In this document: positions 40,634-50,825 of the stretch, piece by piece
Numbering within the stretch: position 1 is the stretch's first letter
Layout: each line of letters opens with the position of its first letter
DNA from: an uncultured Leptospiraceae bacterium
GTDB lineage: Bacteria > Spirochaetota > Leptospiria > Turneriellales > Turneriellaceae
DNA length: 64,000 nt
NCBI GenBank assembly: GCA_942492915.1
Contig: OW818662.1
Coordinates: 3,693,257 to 3,757,256, forward strand
Direction of reading: 5' to 3'
Notes under the pieces: model-generated
The model's input: only the letters and a program-made list of their open reading frames with translations
Databases searched by the model: none
What the model was told of the DNA's origin: nothing
Program-made: the position numbers and the translations under genes

Positions 40634-43060
40634 ATGCCGTCAAGGACAATGGGGTTTCAAAGCCTCATACCGGCACGGTATGCAGTAGATATCCGATTAG
40701 ACTTTACAGAAAGCCGTCGACCTGACAGTCTGGGAGTTCGGGTGAGCGAGCAGCAAAAACAATCAAGCCGGGTAAAGAGCTCTGATCATTCCGGCGCCGG
40801 GGATAACTTTCAAAATTTGTGGCGATTGAAGCTGCTGACGCAGGCTCTCTGGATTGTCGCCGGTGGCAGCGCCTTTATGATCAGCATCTGGATCTCGCGC
40901 ACATCGGCAATTGACTCAGGCAGCGCCATCGGATTACTGATGCTCGCAGCGAACCTCATCGTACTCAGTCCGGGATTTAGTTGGCAGGCGAAGGGAATCG
41001 TTTTGGTGTCAGAGCTCACTGTGGTGGGCATGTACTTTCCGTTTTTAATCGGTTTGCGTTACAGCGCGCTCGGTATCGCCGGTGCGGGTGTGATGGTCAC
41101 GGCGGCATTTTTCAACCGAAGGTCTGCATTCGCTCTTGTGATTGCCGATGCGCTGGTGATAGGTGCGTACGGAATGCTTGCGCGTGACGGTTATATTCAT
41201 CCGCCGACCGCGCCGCTTATAGGCGAGAGTATATTGTCGGCGTGGCTTAAGTCGGCCATTGTGTTTACGATCATCGGTTCGATGCTGACGGTGCTGATCG
41301 GAGGTTTGGTCGATTCGCTCGAGATGAGCGCCGCTCGTCTGCTGCGATTTTCTGAAATCGCGTCGAACAGCGAACTGAAGTACCGGCAGCTGATCGACAG
41401 CGCGCCCGAGGCGATTGTTGTTCTCGATCTTAACACGGGCAGATTTGTCGAAGCGAACCCTGAAGCGCAGCGCCTTTTCGGCTACGATCTGAACCAGCTG
41501 CGCCAATTGAACCCCGGCACGATTAGTCCGACCTATCAGGAGAACGGGGGCAGGTCAGATGAATTGTCGCGTCAATACGTAGGCGAGGCTTTGAGCGGCC
41601 AGACTCCCGTTTTTGAATGGCTGCACCTGAACAGCGAAGGTGTTTCGATTGCCTGCGAGATACGCCTGCACAGGCTTGAAACCGCTGAGGGGGTGTTTGT
41701 TCGCGGTACTATCACTGACATACGCGAGCGGCGCAAGGCGCAGGCGATTATACAGAGCCTCGCTCTCTACGATAACCTGACCGGCTTACCCAACCGAAAA
41801 CTTTTTCAAGATAGGTTGCGCCATGCCATCGCATCGAGTGAACGCGACCACAAATACAGCGCACTTTTCTTTATAGATGTCGACAATTTCAAGAATATCA
41901 ACGACACGAGCGGTCATGCGAGCGGCGATTTTTTTCTGACAGTGGTCGCCGAACGCATCTCTGCATGCGTGAACGAAGGAGACACGGTGGCTCGGTGGGG
42001 GGGTGATGAGTTTGTGGTCATTGCAGAGAATCTCAGCGCGTCGCTCACACAGGCGGGAAAAAACGCCGAGCTAATCGGTGAAAAAATTCTGCAGGCTCTT
42101 GCAGAGCCAACCGCCAACCCCCATGCCCCGGGGCAATTTTTTCAAAACACGGTCAGCATTGGCACTACACTGCTCTTCGGGCACATTCACACCGCCGAAG
42201 AGCTTCTGAAGCGTGCGGATATAGCCATGTACCAGGCCAAAGTCGCAGGGAAAAACCAACAGCGCAATTTTGACGTCGACATGCAGAAACAGGTTGAAGA
42301 GCGGCTCGCTCTCGAAGCAGACTTGCGCACGGCGATTCAACGTGACCAGTTTACCCTGCATTTGCAGGCACAATACAACAATAATCGCACCATATTTGGC
42401 GCAGAAGTTTTGCTGCGCTGGCAACACCCGGTGCGCGGGCTCGTCTTACCCGGAGATTTCATCAGCGTCGCCGAAGAGACAGGCGAAATAATCCCGATCG
42501 GAAAGTGGATTATCAATACAGCATGCACGATGCTGCGCGACTGGCAAAACGACGAAAGGCTGCGGCATCTTGTACTTTCGATCAATGTCAGTCCACGGCA
42601 GTTTCATGATGCGGGGTTTGTGACCTTTGTGCGCGACGCGGTGCATCAATCGCGCATCGATGCGACTGGTTTGAAGCTCGAGATCACCGAGAGTCTGATG
42701 CTCGACAATATAGAAGCGACCATAGAAAAAATGGACTCGCTGCGCGAAACCGGTGTCACTTTCAGTCTCGATGACTTTGGCACAGGCTATTCTTCGCTCG
42801 CCTATCTCAAGCGCCTGCCGCTAAGCCAGCTCAAGATTGACCAGTCATTTGTACGCGATGTCACTCGCGAAAAAAATGACGCAACCTTGGTCCGTACCAT
42901 TATCGGCATGGCAGAGAATCTTAATCTACAGGTGATCGCCGAAGGCGTCGAAAAAGAAGAGCAGCTTTTGCTGCTGGGCAAAATGGGGTGCAACGCCTAC
43001 CAGGGCTATTATTTCAGCCGGCCGGTGGCTTTGTCTGACTTTGAGAAACTCATCGCCTGA
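40634..43060 (+). CDS. Membrane sensor with PAS, GGDEF and EAL domains.
   Basis: Multi-TM N-terminus. PAS (IVVLDLNTGRFVEANPEAQRLFGY). GGDEF (RWGGDEFVV). EAL (EITES, DDFGTGYSSLAYL, QGYYFSRP). The true start may be an internal Met. Confidence 0.85.
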   Translation: MPSRTMGFQSLIPARYAVDIRLDFTESRRPDSLGVRVSEQQKQSSRVKSSDHSGAGDNFQNLWRLKLLTQALWIVAGGSAFMISIWISRTSAIDSGSAIGLLMLAANLIVLSPGFSWQAKGIVLVSELTVVGMYFPFLIGLRYSALGIAGAGVMVTAAFFNRRSAFALVIADALVIGAYGMLARDGYIHPPTAPLIGESILSAWLKSAIVFTIIGSMLTVLIGGLVDSLEMSAARLLRFSEIASNSELKYRQLIDSAPEAIVVLDLNTGRFVEANPEAQRLFGYDLNQLRQLNPGTISPTYQENGGRSDELSRQYVGEALSGQTPVFEWLHLNSEGVSIACEIRLHRLETAEGVFVRGTITDIRERRKAQAIIQSLALYDNLTGLPNRKLFQDRLRHAIASSERDHKYSALFFIDVDNFKNINDTSGHASGDFFLTVVAERISACVNEGDTVARWGGDEFVVIAENLSASLTQAGKNAELIGEKILQALAEPTANPHAPGQFFQNTVSIGTTLLFGHIHTAEELLKRADIAMYQAKVAGKNQQRNFDVDMQKQVEERLALEADLRTAIQRDQFTLHLQAQYNNNRTIFGAEVLLRWQHPVRGLVLPGDFISVAEETGEIIPIGKWIINTACTMLRDWQNDERLRHLVLSINVSPRQFHDAGFVTFVRDAVHQSRIDATGLKLEITESLMLDNIEATIEKMDSLRETGVTFSLDDFGTGYSSLAYLKRLPLSQLKIDQSFVRDVTREKNDATLVRTIIGMAENLNLQVIAEGVEKEEQLLLLGKMGCNAYQGYYFSRPVALSDFEKLIA

Positions 43061-44308
43061 TCAGCGATTGGCCGGTGCGTTTTGGGTTTCGTTGCCGAGC
43101 AAGTCAATCACTCTGATCGTAGTGACACCCTGTGGCACCAGCACTGAATCATTTGCTTTCCAGAATTTGTAGTACTTGTCTTCGACGAGTCGGTCACCCG
43201 CATACATGCGGACGATTATCGGAAACGTTTCATCGGTGAGAATAAGCCTGCGTTCACCGTTCGCCTCGACAATTTCTTCAACGGTCGGGCCTCGAGCATC
43301 AACCAGCATGCGGCGCTGCTGGGGTGCTTCGGTATTGCCTGCGACGTTTGTGGCGCGGTATTCGACCTGATAGAAACCATATTTCCCTTGGGCAAACGAC
43401 GCAACTTCTATTTCTTCTTCATATTTGAGCCATTCACCTGCGGCGGAGCCTTCGGCGTAGATTCGGTACTCGACTCTGTCGATCGCGGCCGGGGAATATT
43501 CAGGCAACAGAGCAATGCGGGTCTTGCCGCCTACGGTGAAGCCACCCCGGCCATGCAAGAATGGCGCGTAGAATTTTACGTACGTTCGCGGAATATCGGT
43601 GTAGACCCAGAATATCCAGGTACGTACGGGTTCGGTCTCTTTTGGGTCTTCTGACTTGAAGAGTGTCAGTTTATACTGGCCCGCGCGTGTAAACTGCAGC
43701 GGGTTTTCATAATTCTTGCGGCCATTCGTATTTTCAGGCGCGTCTTTTTCAGTCAGGCATTCAACTTCGTAAAACAGCGGTTTAACCGAGGTGAGCTGAT
43801 CGGCGGCGACTGAATTTCCCCGCAAGATCCATTTTTGTTTGCCGTTCTTGTCAACTATTGCTGCAAAAGTATTCTGCTCGGGAGTGTTCGTTTCATTGTT
43901 CTTCTTTGGCGGCTTCTTATCAGATGTGGCATCTGGCTTCTTGTTGTCAGTGCCCGTGTTGGCGAACTTTATCGGGCGCTGAATTGCAACGACATCACCC
44001 CACGGGCCGAAAAGGCCGTCACGGTACGCTGACCGCAGACGGAAAAAACGAAATCTGACGGGTAGGTTACGCTTGATCTCGGTGCGCACGACCTTTTCGC
44101 GTATGGCCGAAGATTCTTGCGCCTCAGCGTCGGGCGAGACCTCATCGTTCTCGAGCCATTCAATCTGGTAAAAACGCGCGTCGGGTCGTGCTTCCAGAAG
44201 AATACGAACGGGGTAAGTTTCTTCTGATGGCAGATTCTGGCCGGGAAGCGTGAAGCTACCGGCGAGCAGCAACAATGGCAGAAAAATTTTGAGGGCAAAA
44301 CTACGCAT
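43061..44308 (-). CDS. Secreted hypothetical protein.
   Basis: Signal MRSFALKIFLPLLLLAGSFTLPGQ. 415 aa. Confidence 0.5.
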   Translation of the reverse strand: MRSFALKIFLPLLLLAGSFTLPGQNLPSEETYPVRILLEARPDARFYQIEWLENDEVSPDAEAQESSAIREKVVRTEIKRNLPVRFRFFRLRSAYRDGLFGPWGDVVAIQRPIKFANTGTDNKKPDATSDKKPPKKNNETNTPEQNTFAAIVDKNGKQKWILRGNSVAADQLTSVKPLFYEVECLTEKDAPENTNGRKNYENPLQFTRAGQYKLTLFKSEDPKETEPVRTWIFWVYTDIPRTYVKFYAPFLHGRGGFTVGGKTRIALLPEYSPAAIDRVEYRIYAEGSAAGEWLKYEEEIEVASFAQGKYGFYQVEYRATNVAGNTEAPQQRRMLVDARGPTVEEIVEANGERRLILTDETFPIIVRMYAGDRLVEDKYYKFWKANDSVLVPQGVTTIRVIDLLGNETQNAPANR

Positions 44309-44376
44309 GTCCGATCTCAGTTAAAGAAACAAATCTTCACGTCAACAACAAGCAATTGCGAGGTGGTTTGCCGCAG

Positions 44377-45435
44377 CTATTTTTGCAGCGATACATGTGC
44401 ATTCTGACCTTCTGCCATAACCACCTGTACCTGCGGGTTTCGGTCGTTCGGTACGCGTTCGAGCAGCAACATGCCGATAAGCTGGTTGTTGTCCGTTTCA
44501 AGCTGTAACTCACCCTGTTCGGTGACTTCGACCAGCCGCATCTCGAGCGTGTTCTCGCCCGGTGAGAAATCCACGGGATTCAAAGCCAGCTTATCAGTAA
44601 TCGCCGTCCCGTTGGGGCGCAATAAGAATTCTGCGGCAAAAAGCTCATTGCAGTACACTTTCAATTTATAGACGGCACCCGACTTAACCCGCGCACTGCC
44701 CGCCGACAGACGCAGAGTCACATCAATGCTGTCGACCAGGCCAGGCTGGTCGCGAACCTTTTTGAGCAGCGTGATCGTGCCCTTAATCGTCTGCGTACGC
44801 AATTCGGCGGGCGGTTTGATTTTCGCATAGAGTTCAGAAGCCGTAAGGTGCCCCAGATCGAATGTCGACCGGTCGGTCAGGTAGGCCTTCTTGACCTGAA
44901 GCGTTCCGTTTTCCCAAACAATGTCGAGCTTCTTGATCAGCACCGCGCTGAGGCCGATATAACCCGAAGCGCCCGCGAGCTGCGCCGCAACTTCGGCGTT
45001 GAGCGTCAGTTTGCGTTGCTGCTTTTCTTGCCCTTCAAACTGCACTTCGGCGATAAATTCATGCGATTGCGCGCCGGTTGCTGCAAACGATACGCGGCTT
45101 ATCTTTGGTCCCGCCTTCGGTGCTTTGGCGGTGGTGGTTGCGTCATCGCCCACCTGAGGATTTCCCTCAGTAATGCGCGCGACGGCTTTTGTGTGGTAAG
45201 CCTGCGTGATGAGCGCGCTGCCCTTACCTTTACCTGAACGATAGAAATAAACCTTTGAGCCCATCGCAAACTCGCCGGCTTTGTTGGTGACGACGGTAAC
45301 CTGATTGCGCTGGGTATTTAAATCTCTTACGCGCCCTGCGGCGCTGATCGCGCCTGGCAATGTAACGAGAATGATGCAGCGCAGCTGCATCATTCTCGTT
45401 ACGTCTTTCAAAGAGAACATTTGCCTTCTAAACAC
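44377..45435 (-). CDS. Secreted hypothetical protein.
   Basis: Signal-like MMQLRCIILVTLPGAISAAG. 352 aa. Confidence 0.5.
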   Translation of the reverse strand: MFRRQMFSLKDVTRMMQLRCIILVTLPGAISAAGRVRDLNTQRNQVTVVTNKAGEFAMGSKVYFYRSGKGKGSALITQAYHTKAVARITEGNPQVGDDATTTAKAPKAGPKISRVSFAATGAQSHEFIAEVQFEGQEKQQRKLTLNAEVAAQLAGASGYIGLSAVLIKKLDIVWENGTLQVKKAYLTDRSTFDLGHLTASELYAKIKPPAELRTQTIKGTITLLKKVRDQPGLVDSIDVTLRLSAGSARVKSGAVYKLKVYCNELFAAEFLLRPNGTAITDKLALNPVDFSPGENTLEMRLVEVTEQGELQLETDNNQLIGMLLLERVPNDRNPQVQVVMAEGQNAHVSLQK

Positions 45436-47063
45436 TCGCGTGCGAATTCGGCCGCCGTTGTACCTGCGTACTGTTCTGTGAGCATACGAAACATCGCGTT
45501 TGATTTTTCCGAGTCACCTTCGGCGCGGTATCCGAGTGCCATACCGACATATGCTTCACTGCGAATTTCTGCATCAGGTTTGCGCGCGATGACGTTCTCA
45601 AGAATTTTGCGTCCGTCAGCGACTTTCTTTAGCCGCAACTGCGTGACGTAGCCTTCGCGGTACATCGCGTATGATGCCATGCGGTGTTTCGCGTATTTCG
45701 TATAGAACTGCGAATAGAGGCCATTCGCTTCGGCGTATTTGCCTGCGCTTTCAGCCGCCGAAGCCTGTTGAAAGAGCGACAAGTCGATATCGGGCAATTG
45801 AATTTTGCCCAGCTTCAGAGTTTCAACCGGCTTAATGGTAATGCTCTTCGTGAGCGTGTTGCGCTCTTCATGCTTGAAGACAAGAGTATATTCACCTGCA
45901 GGAATATCTTCGACGAGCAAGGGCGACTTGCAGTTAATCGACTCCGCAGCCCGCGAAGGATCTCTAAATTCAAAAGTGATCACTGCATCGGCAGGTTCGC
46001 AGCCGCTGATCTCGAGTTTGCCGAGTACTTTCATGATATCATTTTCTGTGTATTCCGCAATCTTGTCGAGTGCTGCCTGTGGGTTCTGGCCAACCGTCCA
46101 TTCGATGACGTCGCTGATAATCGCGGTACCTGTCTTCTTGCTGATCACCTGGTACGCGAGAATGCGCGCTTCGTCCGCCACCTGAATTGTCGCCGTGACA
46201 AAGTGCGTGTAGTCAGAGCCCGCAGGGGCCATTGCGCCTGGCGCGAAGCCGGTGAGCGAGAGCATTTTTTCTGCTTCAACAATGTCGTCTGTTTTTGTTT
46301 CGATAAGGTCGAACGCTGCGCGTTTTGAAAGCGCGTGCAGCAACATCGAGTCAAGGCCGGCGAGTTCGGTCAGCTTCTGCGCCGCAGCGTTCGCTGCGCG
46401 CACGGGTTGCACTGCGAGTTTCCAGCGTTCGCCCGCGCCTTTGTCTTGATTCTGTTTTGCGGCAATCTTTCCCTTGAGTTCAGCGGCCGCTTCTGCCATG
46501 CTCTTCTCGAGTGTTTCGCTGTTGCCTACCGCCAGCGCAGTGATGGTCTGGTCGCCGGTTTTTACCGCCTTGAGGACGATTTGTTTCTGCGATGCGAGAG
46601 TAATTGCCTCGCCTGTTACGTAAACATCGAGTGTTTTGACCATGCCCGAAAGTTCGGGGCACTCTTTATAACCTGCTGCGCACTTTTCTTGCTGCGCGAT
46701 AATATTCTTGATCGCGAGTCGGTCGCGCATCGTGATCGATTTCTCGCGTTGAATCTCAGATTGCGCCAGGTCGGCGAGCCTGCCGCCGTCGTTACCTACG
46801 TCGCCGCGTATGTCGAACACCCCGACCGTGAGGCCATGCACAAAAAGAACGGGGTAGAGCGTCATTGCAACGCCCGATAGCCAAAGTTTCATAACGCTGC
46901 GTAGATTCGTGGCATAAGGCTTCAAGTAAAAAAGACTTGCCCCCACCGCTTGGCTCAAAGTAAAGTCAAACTTATGGTAACTCTCGAACAGCTTGAGCAA
47001 CTTGAAGGTCGCATTGTCAAGGCTCTTGAACTCATCTCTGACCTGCGGGTAGAGAACAGTCAT
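45408..47063 (-). CDS. Secreted protein with a PEGA-like segment and C-terminal TPR repeats.
   Basis: Probable start MKLWLSGVAMTLYPVLFVHG (near 46922). AGEYTLVFKHEERNTLTKSITIKP (PEGA-like). TPR-like C-terminus ending ECLEGKCSL. Confidence 0.5.
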   Translation of the reverse strand: MTVLYPQVRDEFKSLDNATFKLLKLFESYHKFDFTLSQAVGASLFYLKPYATNLRSVMKLWLSGVAMTLYPVLFVHGLTVGVFDIRGDVGNDGGRLADLAQSEIQREKSITMRDRLAIKNIIAQQEKCAAGYKECPELSGMVKTLDVYVTGEAITLASQKQIVLKAVKTGDQTITALAVGNSETLEKSMAEAAAELKGKIAAKQNQDKGAGERWKLAVQPVRAANAAAQKLTELAGLDSMLLHALSKRAAFDLIETKTDDIVEAEKMLSLTGFAPGAMAPAGSDYTHFVTATIQVADEARILAYQVISKKTGTAIISDVIEWTVGQNPQAALDKIAEYTENDIMKVLGKLEISGCEPADAVITFEFRDPSRAAESINCKSPLLVEDIPAGEYTLVFKHEERNTLTKSITIKPVETLKLGKIQLPDIDLSLFQQASAAESAGKYAEANGLYSQFYTKYAKHRMASYAMYREGYVTQLRLKKVADGRKILENVIARKPDAEIRSEAYVGMALGYRAEGDSEKSNAMFRMLTEQYAGTTAAEFARECLEGKCSL

Positions 47064-47657
47064 CTCGAATCAGAGGCAGAACGCCTCAAGGCCAGCAATG
47101 ACCAGCTGCGCCTCACCGCCGAAGAGCGCGAACGCGAAGCGCAGAAATGGCAGCAACAGCTTTCTGAAGCGACGCAAGAACTTGGTCGACTGAAAGCGAA
47201 AGAGCAAGAGCTCGAAACCAGAATTCTTTCGATTATCGCCAAGCTCGACAACCTCAAATCTGCAGACAAGCCTGCCGGCGCCAGCCAGACAGTAACGGCA
47301 AGTCCGGCACCGGCGCCTGCTATTGTAGCTTCGGCACCGGCAAGTGAGCCTGCTTCAAATTCGTCAGCGGCTGTAGTTGGTGGTGCCGCTGTTGCGGGTG
47401 CGGCGGCGGGCGCTGGTCTCGCAACGCTCAATGAGAAAGATGAAATCGTCATCGATGAAGACGACGATGAGATCATTCTTCTCGAAGACGAAGAAGACAT
47501 TGTTTCTGAAAAAGCGACTACCGAAGAGAAAAAAGAAAAGAACAACGGCCCGTCAGACGAGATCATTATCGAAGACGATGATGTGCTCGGTGTGTTCGAC
47601 GACGACGATGAAGACTTTCTGATAGTCGAAGAAGAAATGGTAGATCGTAAAAAGTAA
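46950..47657 (+). CDS. ZapB-like coiled-coil protein with a long acidic tail.
   Basis: MVTLEQLEQLEGRIVKALELISDLRVENSHLESEAERLKASNDQLRL (ZapB-like heptads). Ala/Pro linker. DE-rich repeats DEIVIDEDDDEIILLEDEED / DEIIIEDDD. Confidence 0.5.
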   Translation: MAQSKVKLMVTLEQLEQLEGRIVKALELISDLRVENSHLESEAERLKASNDQLRLTAEEREREAQKWQQQLSEATQELGRLKAKEQELETRILSIIAKLDNLKSADKPAGASQTVTASPAPAPAIVASAPASEPASNSSAAVVGGAAVAGAAAGAGLATLNEKDEIVIDEDDDEIILLEDEEDIVSEKATTEEKKEKNNGPSDEIIIEDDDVLGVFDDDDEDFLIVEEEMVDRKK

Positions 47658-47666
47658 TTACCAACA

Positions 47667-48179
47667 GTGCGAACACAAATGAAATTTATTACGGGTTTGT
47701 TGGCAATGTCCGTTGGCGGTGCTCTCTTTGCTGAATCGCGCGCGAATTTGTTCCACATCAAGCGTAACAAGAACAGCAATGAAGTGCACTACGCCGTGCG
47801 GTATGACGACAAGACCTGTAAACCGGTTGAAAACGAAGCTCTTTACGGCTACTGGCTGATGCTTGAAAAAGGGCCCAACGTATTTGAACCAATTGGCCGT
47901 TTTGAAAGCATGGCTTATGGTATCAAATCACAGCACATGAGCGGTAACGATTTGCTCGTGAAGCTCAAGGCATTTCCCGACAGAGAGATCAAGATCGTCT
48001 TCAATGGGGCAGGCGGCGGCTGTAAAATCACCCCTTATATCACGATTAACGGGCAAGAATCAGTTCTGAAAAATATTTCTGTCTTTGCAGAAGAAGGCCT
48101 GATCAAGCCTACTGTCAAACATGTCGACATCTTTGGTATCAAAGGCGGCGCCCCCGTTAACGAGCGCATCAATCGCTGA
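47667..48179 (+). CDS. Secreted hypothetical protein.
   Basis: Signal MKFITGLLAMSVGGALFAES. 170 aa. Confidence 0.5.
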   Translation: MRTQMKFITGLLAMSVGGALFAESRANLFHIKRNKNSNEVHYAVRYDDKTCKPVENEALYGYWLMLEKGPNVFEPIGRFESMAYGIKSQHMSGNDLLVKLKAFPDREIKIVFNGAGGGCKITPYITINGQESVLKNISVFAEEGLIKPTVKHVDIFGIKGGAPVNERINR

Positions 48180-48200
48180 GCAAGTGGCGGGTTTAACCCG

Positions 48201-48818
48201 ATGTTAGGCGCCCTGTTTGGTTTTGGTGCGGGCTTTCTCGGTTCAATGCCCGTATCAGGGCCTATCGCCCTCATTGTTTTTCGCAGCAGTCTCAAAGGTC
48301 ATTTTTCCCGCGCGATTCGTGTCGTGACAGGGGCGGCAATTGCCGAAGGTATCTACTGCGCTATTGCCACATTTGGTTACGTGCAGATCAGCGCGGCGTA
48401 TCCGTTTCTTGCAAAATATATTCGTTATACCGGCGCGATTTTCTTGCTCGTGCTCGGGATCGTCTTCATGTTTCAAAAGGTCCACTTTGCTGACGACGTG
48501 GCGCCGATACCCGAAAACAAGAACACAGGCCTTGTCTCGGGTTTCTTAATCGCGATTCTGAATCCGACGCTGTTTCTCACGTGGGGCAGCGCGAGCAGTA
48601 CGATATTTTCATGGTTCACGACCATAAGCTTCTGGGATCTGTTGCTTTTTCCGATTGCGGCGAGCCTGGGTATTATCACGTGGTTCAGCATTTTGCTCGA
48701 GGTCTTCAAGAAGTACCAGGGGCGCATCGGCGAAAAGGTCGGCGTCTATGCAATTCGGGGAGCGTCGGTAATCATGCTGGCGTCGGGCGCGTTTCTGCTG
48801 TCGCAGGCAGGGCGATGA
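48201..48818 (+). CDS. LysE/RhtB-family amino-acid exporter.
   Basis: MLGALFGFGAGFLGSMPVSGPIALIVF N-terminus typical of LysE. Six TM helices. Confidence 0.75.
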   Translation: MLGALFGFGAGFLGSMPVSGPIALIVFRSSLKGHFSRAIRVVTGAAIAEGIYCAIATFGYVQISAAYPFLAKYIRYTGAIFLLVLGIVFMFQKVHFADDVAPIPENKNTGLVSGFLIAILNPTLFLTWGSASSTIFSWFTTISFWDLLLFPIAASLGIITWFSILLEVFKKYQGRIGEKVGVYAIRGASVIMLASGAFLLSQAGR

Positions 48819-50143
48819 CGGCGAAGACGTTTTTAATCCTCATCATATTTTCTTATGCTGCGTGCCGCAGCGCGCCTGTTTCGCTGAACGATAATCGCCT
48901 CGAACCGGTCTATGAACAGATGTTGCGCGACTCTGTTATCAAAGCGCGATTGTACGAAATCGACGCGACCAAGCGCACGTTCAGCATCGAAGAGCTTTTT
49001 GTGCTTTCTCTCGACAGAACCGAACAGATGGCGATCGCTGCCGAAAAAGGTTTTGCTGCAGACGCAAAAGTGCGTAAGAGTTATGGCGCGTGGTTGCCCC
49101 GCGTCAATCTGAGCGCTGCGCAGTACGCGCCCGAGCGCCCCGGTTTTGTCGTGCCAGGTGTGCGTTTTACCGCGCGCCAAAACATTATGTCCGGCCTGAC
49201 CGAATACACGGGCATTGTTGGCGCACGGCTTGAGCGCGTTGCTGAAGAGCAGGGGCTCAGGGCTGAACTTTCTGCGCACCTGCTGAACATCGCCGACGCT
49301 GCGCTGCAGATTCAGCTCAGCGAGTCACTCGTCGAGCAGGCGCGGGACGCGGTGAGCGTGACCGAATCGTCACTGTCTGAAATCCGCAGGCGTGTCGCAA
49401 TCGGTCGCAACAAGCGTGGTGACGCGCTCAAGGCTGAAGCGCGGCTCAGGCAAAAGCAGGCCGACCTTCTTGCACAACAAGAGAAATTGGCGCAGCTTAA
49501 ACGGTATCTGGGTTTTTTGACCGGGCTCAGCGGCGATTTCACCGTCGATGGCGCTACCGCGAAATACGCGACGTACGAAATACAAAATGCCGATGCGGAT
49601 CTCAGCCGCAGGGCAGACATCGCACTGGGTAAGACCGTGGTCGACATACGCAAGAATGAGGTCGATGCGGCACACGGCGCGCACCTGCCGAATATCTACC
49701 TCGACGGTTCGTATCGGCCGGCTCTCGAGGCGAACCAGCAGACTTCATACTTTGGCGGTGTGGTCGCCGAGTTGCCGCTCTTTCAGGGCGGGCAAACCGT
49801 TGAGAATGCCAACATGGCAGCGTCGCGGCTGCGCCAGGCTGAACTTGAACTGAAGCAGGCTGAGCGCAAGGCGCGCGTCGAAGTCGAAGATGCACGCGAG
49901 GCGGTGGTGAAGGCGCAGGCAGAATTCACAGCTTACAGCGAATCAGCGGCAGTGGCGCAGAAGAATTATCGTGTGCAGCTTACAGACATGCGTCTGGGAC
50001 TCGCAACGACGCTCGATGTCTTGCAGGCGAGCGAAGACGTGCAGGCCGCGCGCAGCGCCGCGGCGCTCGCAGAATACCGCAGGCAGATTGCGCAGGTCAA
50101 ATTTTTTGTCGCTCAGGGTTTACTTTTCCCTGAAAAGAACTGA
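48815..50143 (+). CDS. TolC-family outer-membrane efflux protein.
   Basis: ATGA overlap with lysE. Signal MTAKTFLILIIFSYAAC. Duplicated helical-repeat halves. C-terminal QVKFFVAQGLLFPE. Confidence 0.75.
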   Translation: MTAKTFLILIIFSYAACRSAPVSLNDNRLEPVYEQMLRDSVIKARLYEIDATKRTFSIEELFVLSLDRTEQMAIAAEKGFAADAKVRKSYGAWLPRVNLSAAQYAPERPGFVVPGVRFTARQNIMSGLTEYTGIVGARLERVAEEQGLRAELSAHLLNIADAALQIQLSESLVEQARDAVSVTESSLSEIRRRVAIGRNKRGDALKAEARLRQKQADLLAQQEKLAQLKRYLGFLTGLSGDFTVDGATAKYATYEIQNADADLSRRADIALGKTVVDIRKNEVDAAHGAHLPNIYLDGSYRPALEANQQTSYFGGVVAELPLFQGGQTVENANMAASRLRQAELELKQAERKARVEVEDAREAVVKAQAEFTAYSESAAVAQKNYRVQLTDMRLGLATTLDVLQASEDVQAARSAAALAEYRRQIAQVKFFVAQGLLFPEKN

Positions 50144-50165
50144 CGAGATTCTGAGAGAACTCGCG

Positions 50166-50771
50166 TTATTTTCCGGTTTGCACGAACAGCAGCTGCGAAA
50201 GTGTTTCGATAGCTTTCTGTACGTCGAAGCCGGGGGTGATAACCATCGTCGCAATAATTTCAAACACCGCACCGAACACCGCGATCGCCACAATCTTAAC
50301 GGGCAACGCCGGCAGCATGCCGTTCTTCACCCCGTCGTCGAGTGCGCTCTCGAGGTCATGCAGCATGTCGTCGAAACGGCCTTTGCTGCGCAGCTCGCGC
50401 AGGTATGACTGGTTGCGCGACAGAAATTTCATGAGGCGCGGGTTACCGAGAAAAATCTGAAAGAACTGTTCGAGTGACTTCATGATTTCGCTGCGGTCCA
50501 TTTTTACATTTCTGTAACTCATCAGAATCTGGCCGCGCACTTCGCTGATGATTTCGTCGGTCAGAACCTCAAAAATCTCTTCTTTGCTCTGGAAATAGTT
50601 GTAGAATGTGCCTGGTGAAAGGCTGCTTTCGTGAATGATATCGCGTACGTTGGTTGCTTCAAAACCTTTGTCGGCAAACAGGTTCTTGGCGGCCTCGAGA
50701 ATCTGCTGCCGGTTTAACAGTTTCGTTTGATCGCGTTTGCCTATTGGCTGTTCAGCAGCACTCTTCGCCAT
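50166..50771 (-). CDS. TetR-family transcriptional regulator.
   Basis: HTH LLNRQQILEAAKNLFADKGFEATNVRDIIHESSLSPGTFYNYFQSKEEIF. Confidence 0.85.
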   Translation of the reverse strand: MAKSAAEQPIGKRDQTKLLNRQQILEAAKNLFADKGFEATNVRDIIHESSLSPGTFYNYFQSKEEIFEVLTDEIISEVRGQILMSYRNVKMDRSEIMKSLEQFFQIFLGNPRLMKFLSRNQSYLRELRSKGRFDDMLHDLESALDDGVKNGMLPALPVKIVAIAVFGAVFEIIATMVITPGFDVQKAIETLSQLLFVQTGK

Positions 50772-50825
50772 ATTCCATTCCTTTTTTCTGCGGACGGCCT
50801 GTATAGCAAAAGTGAACGCGTGCTC

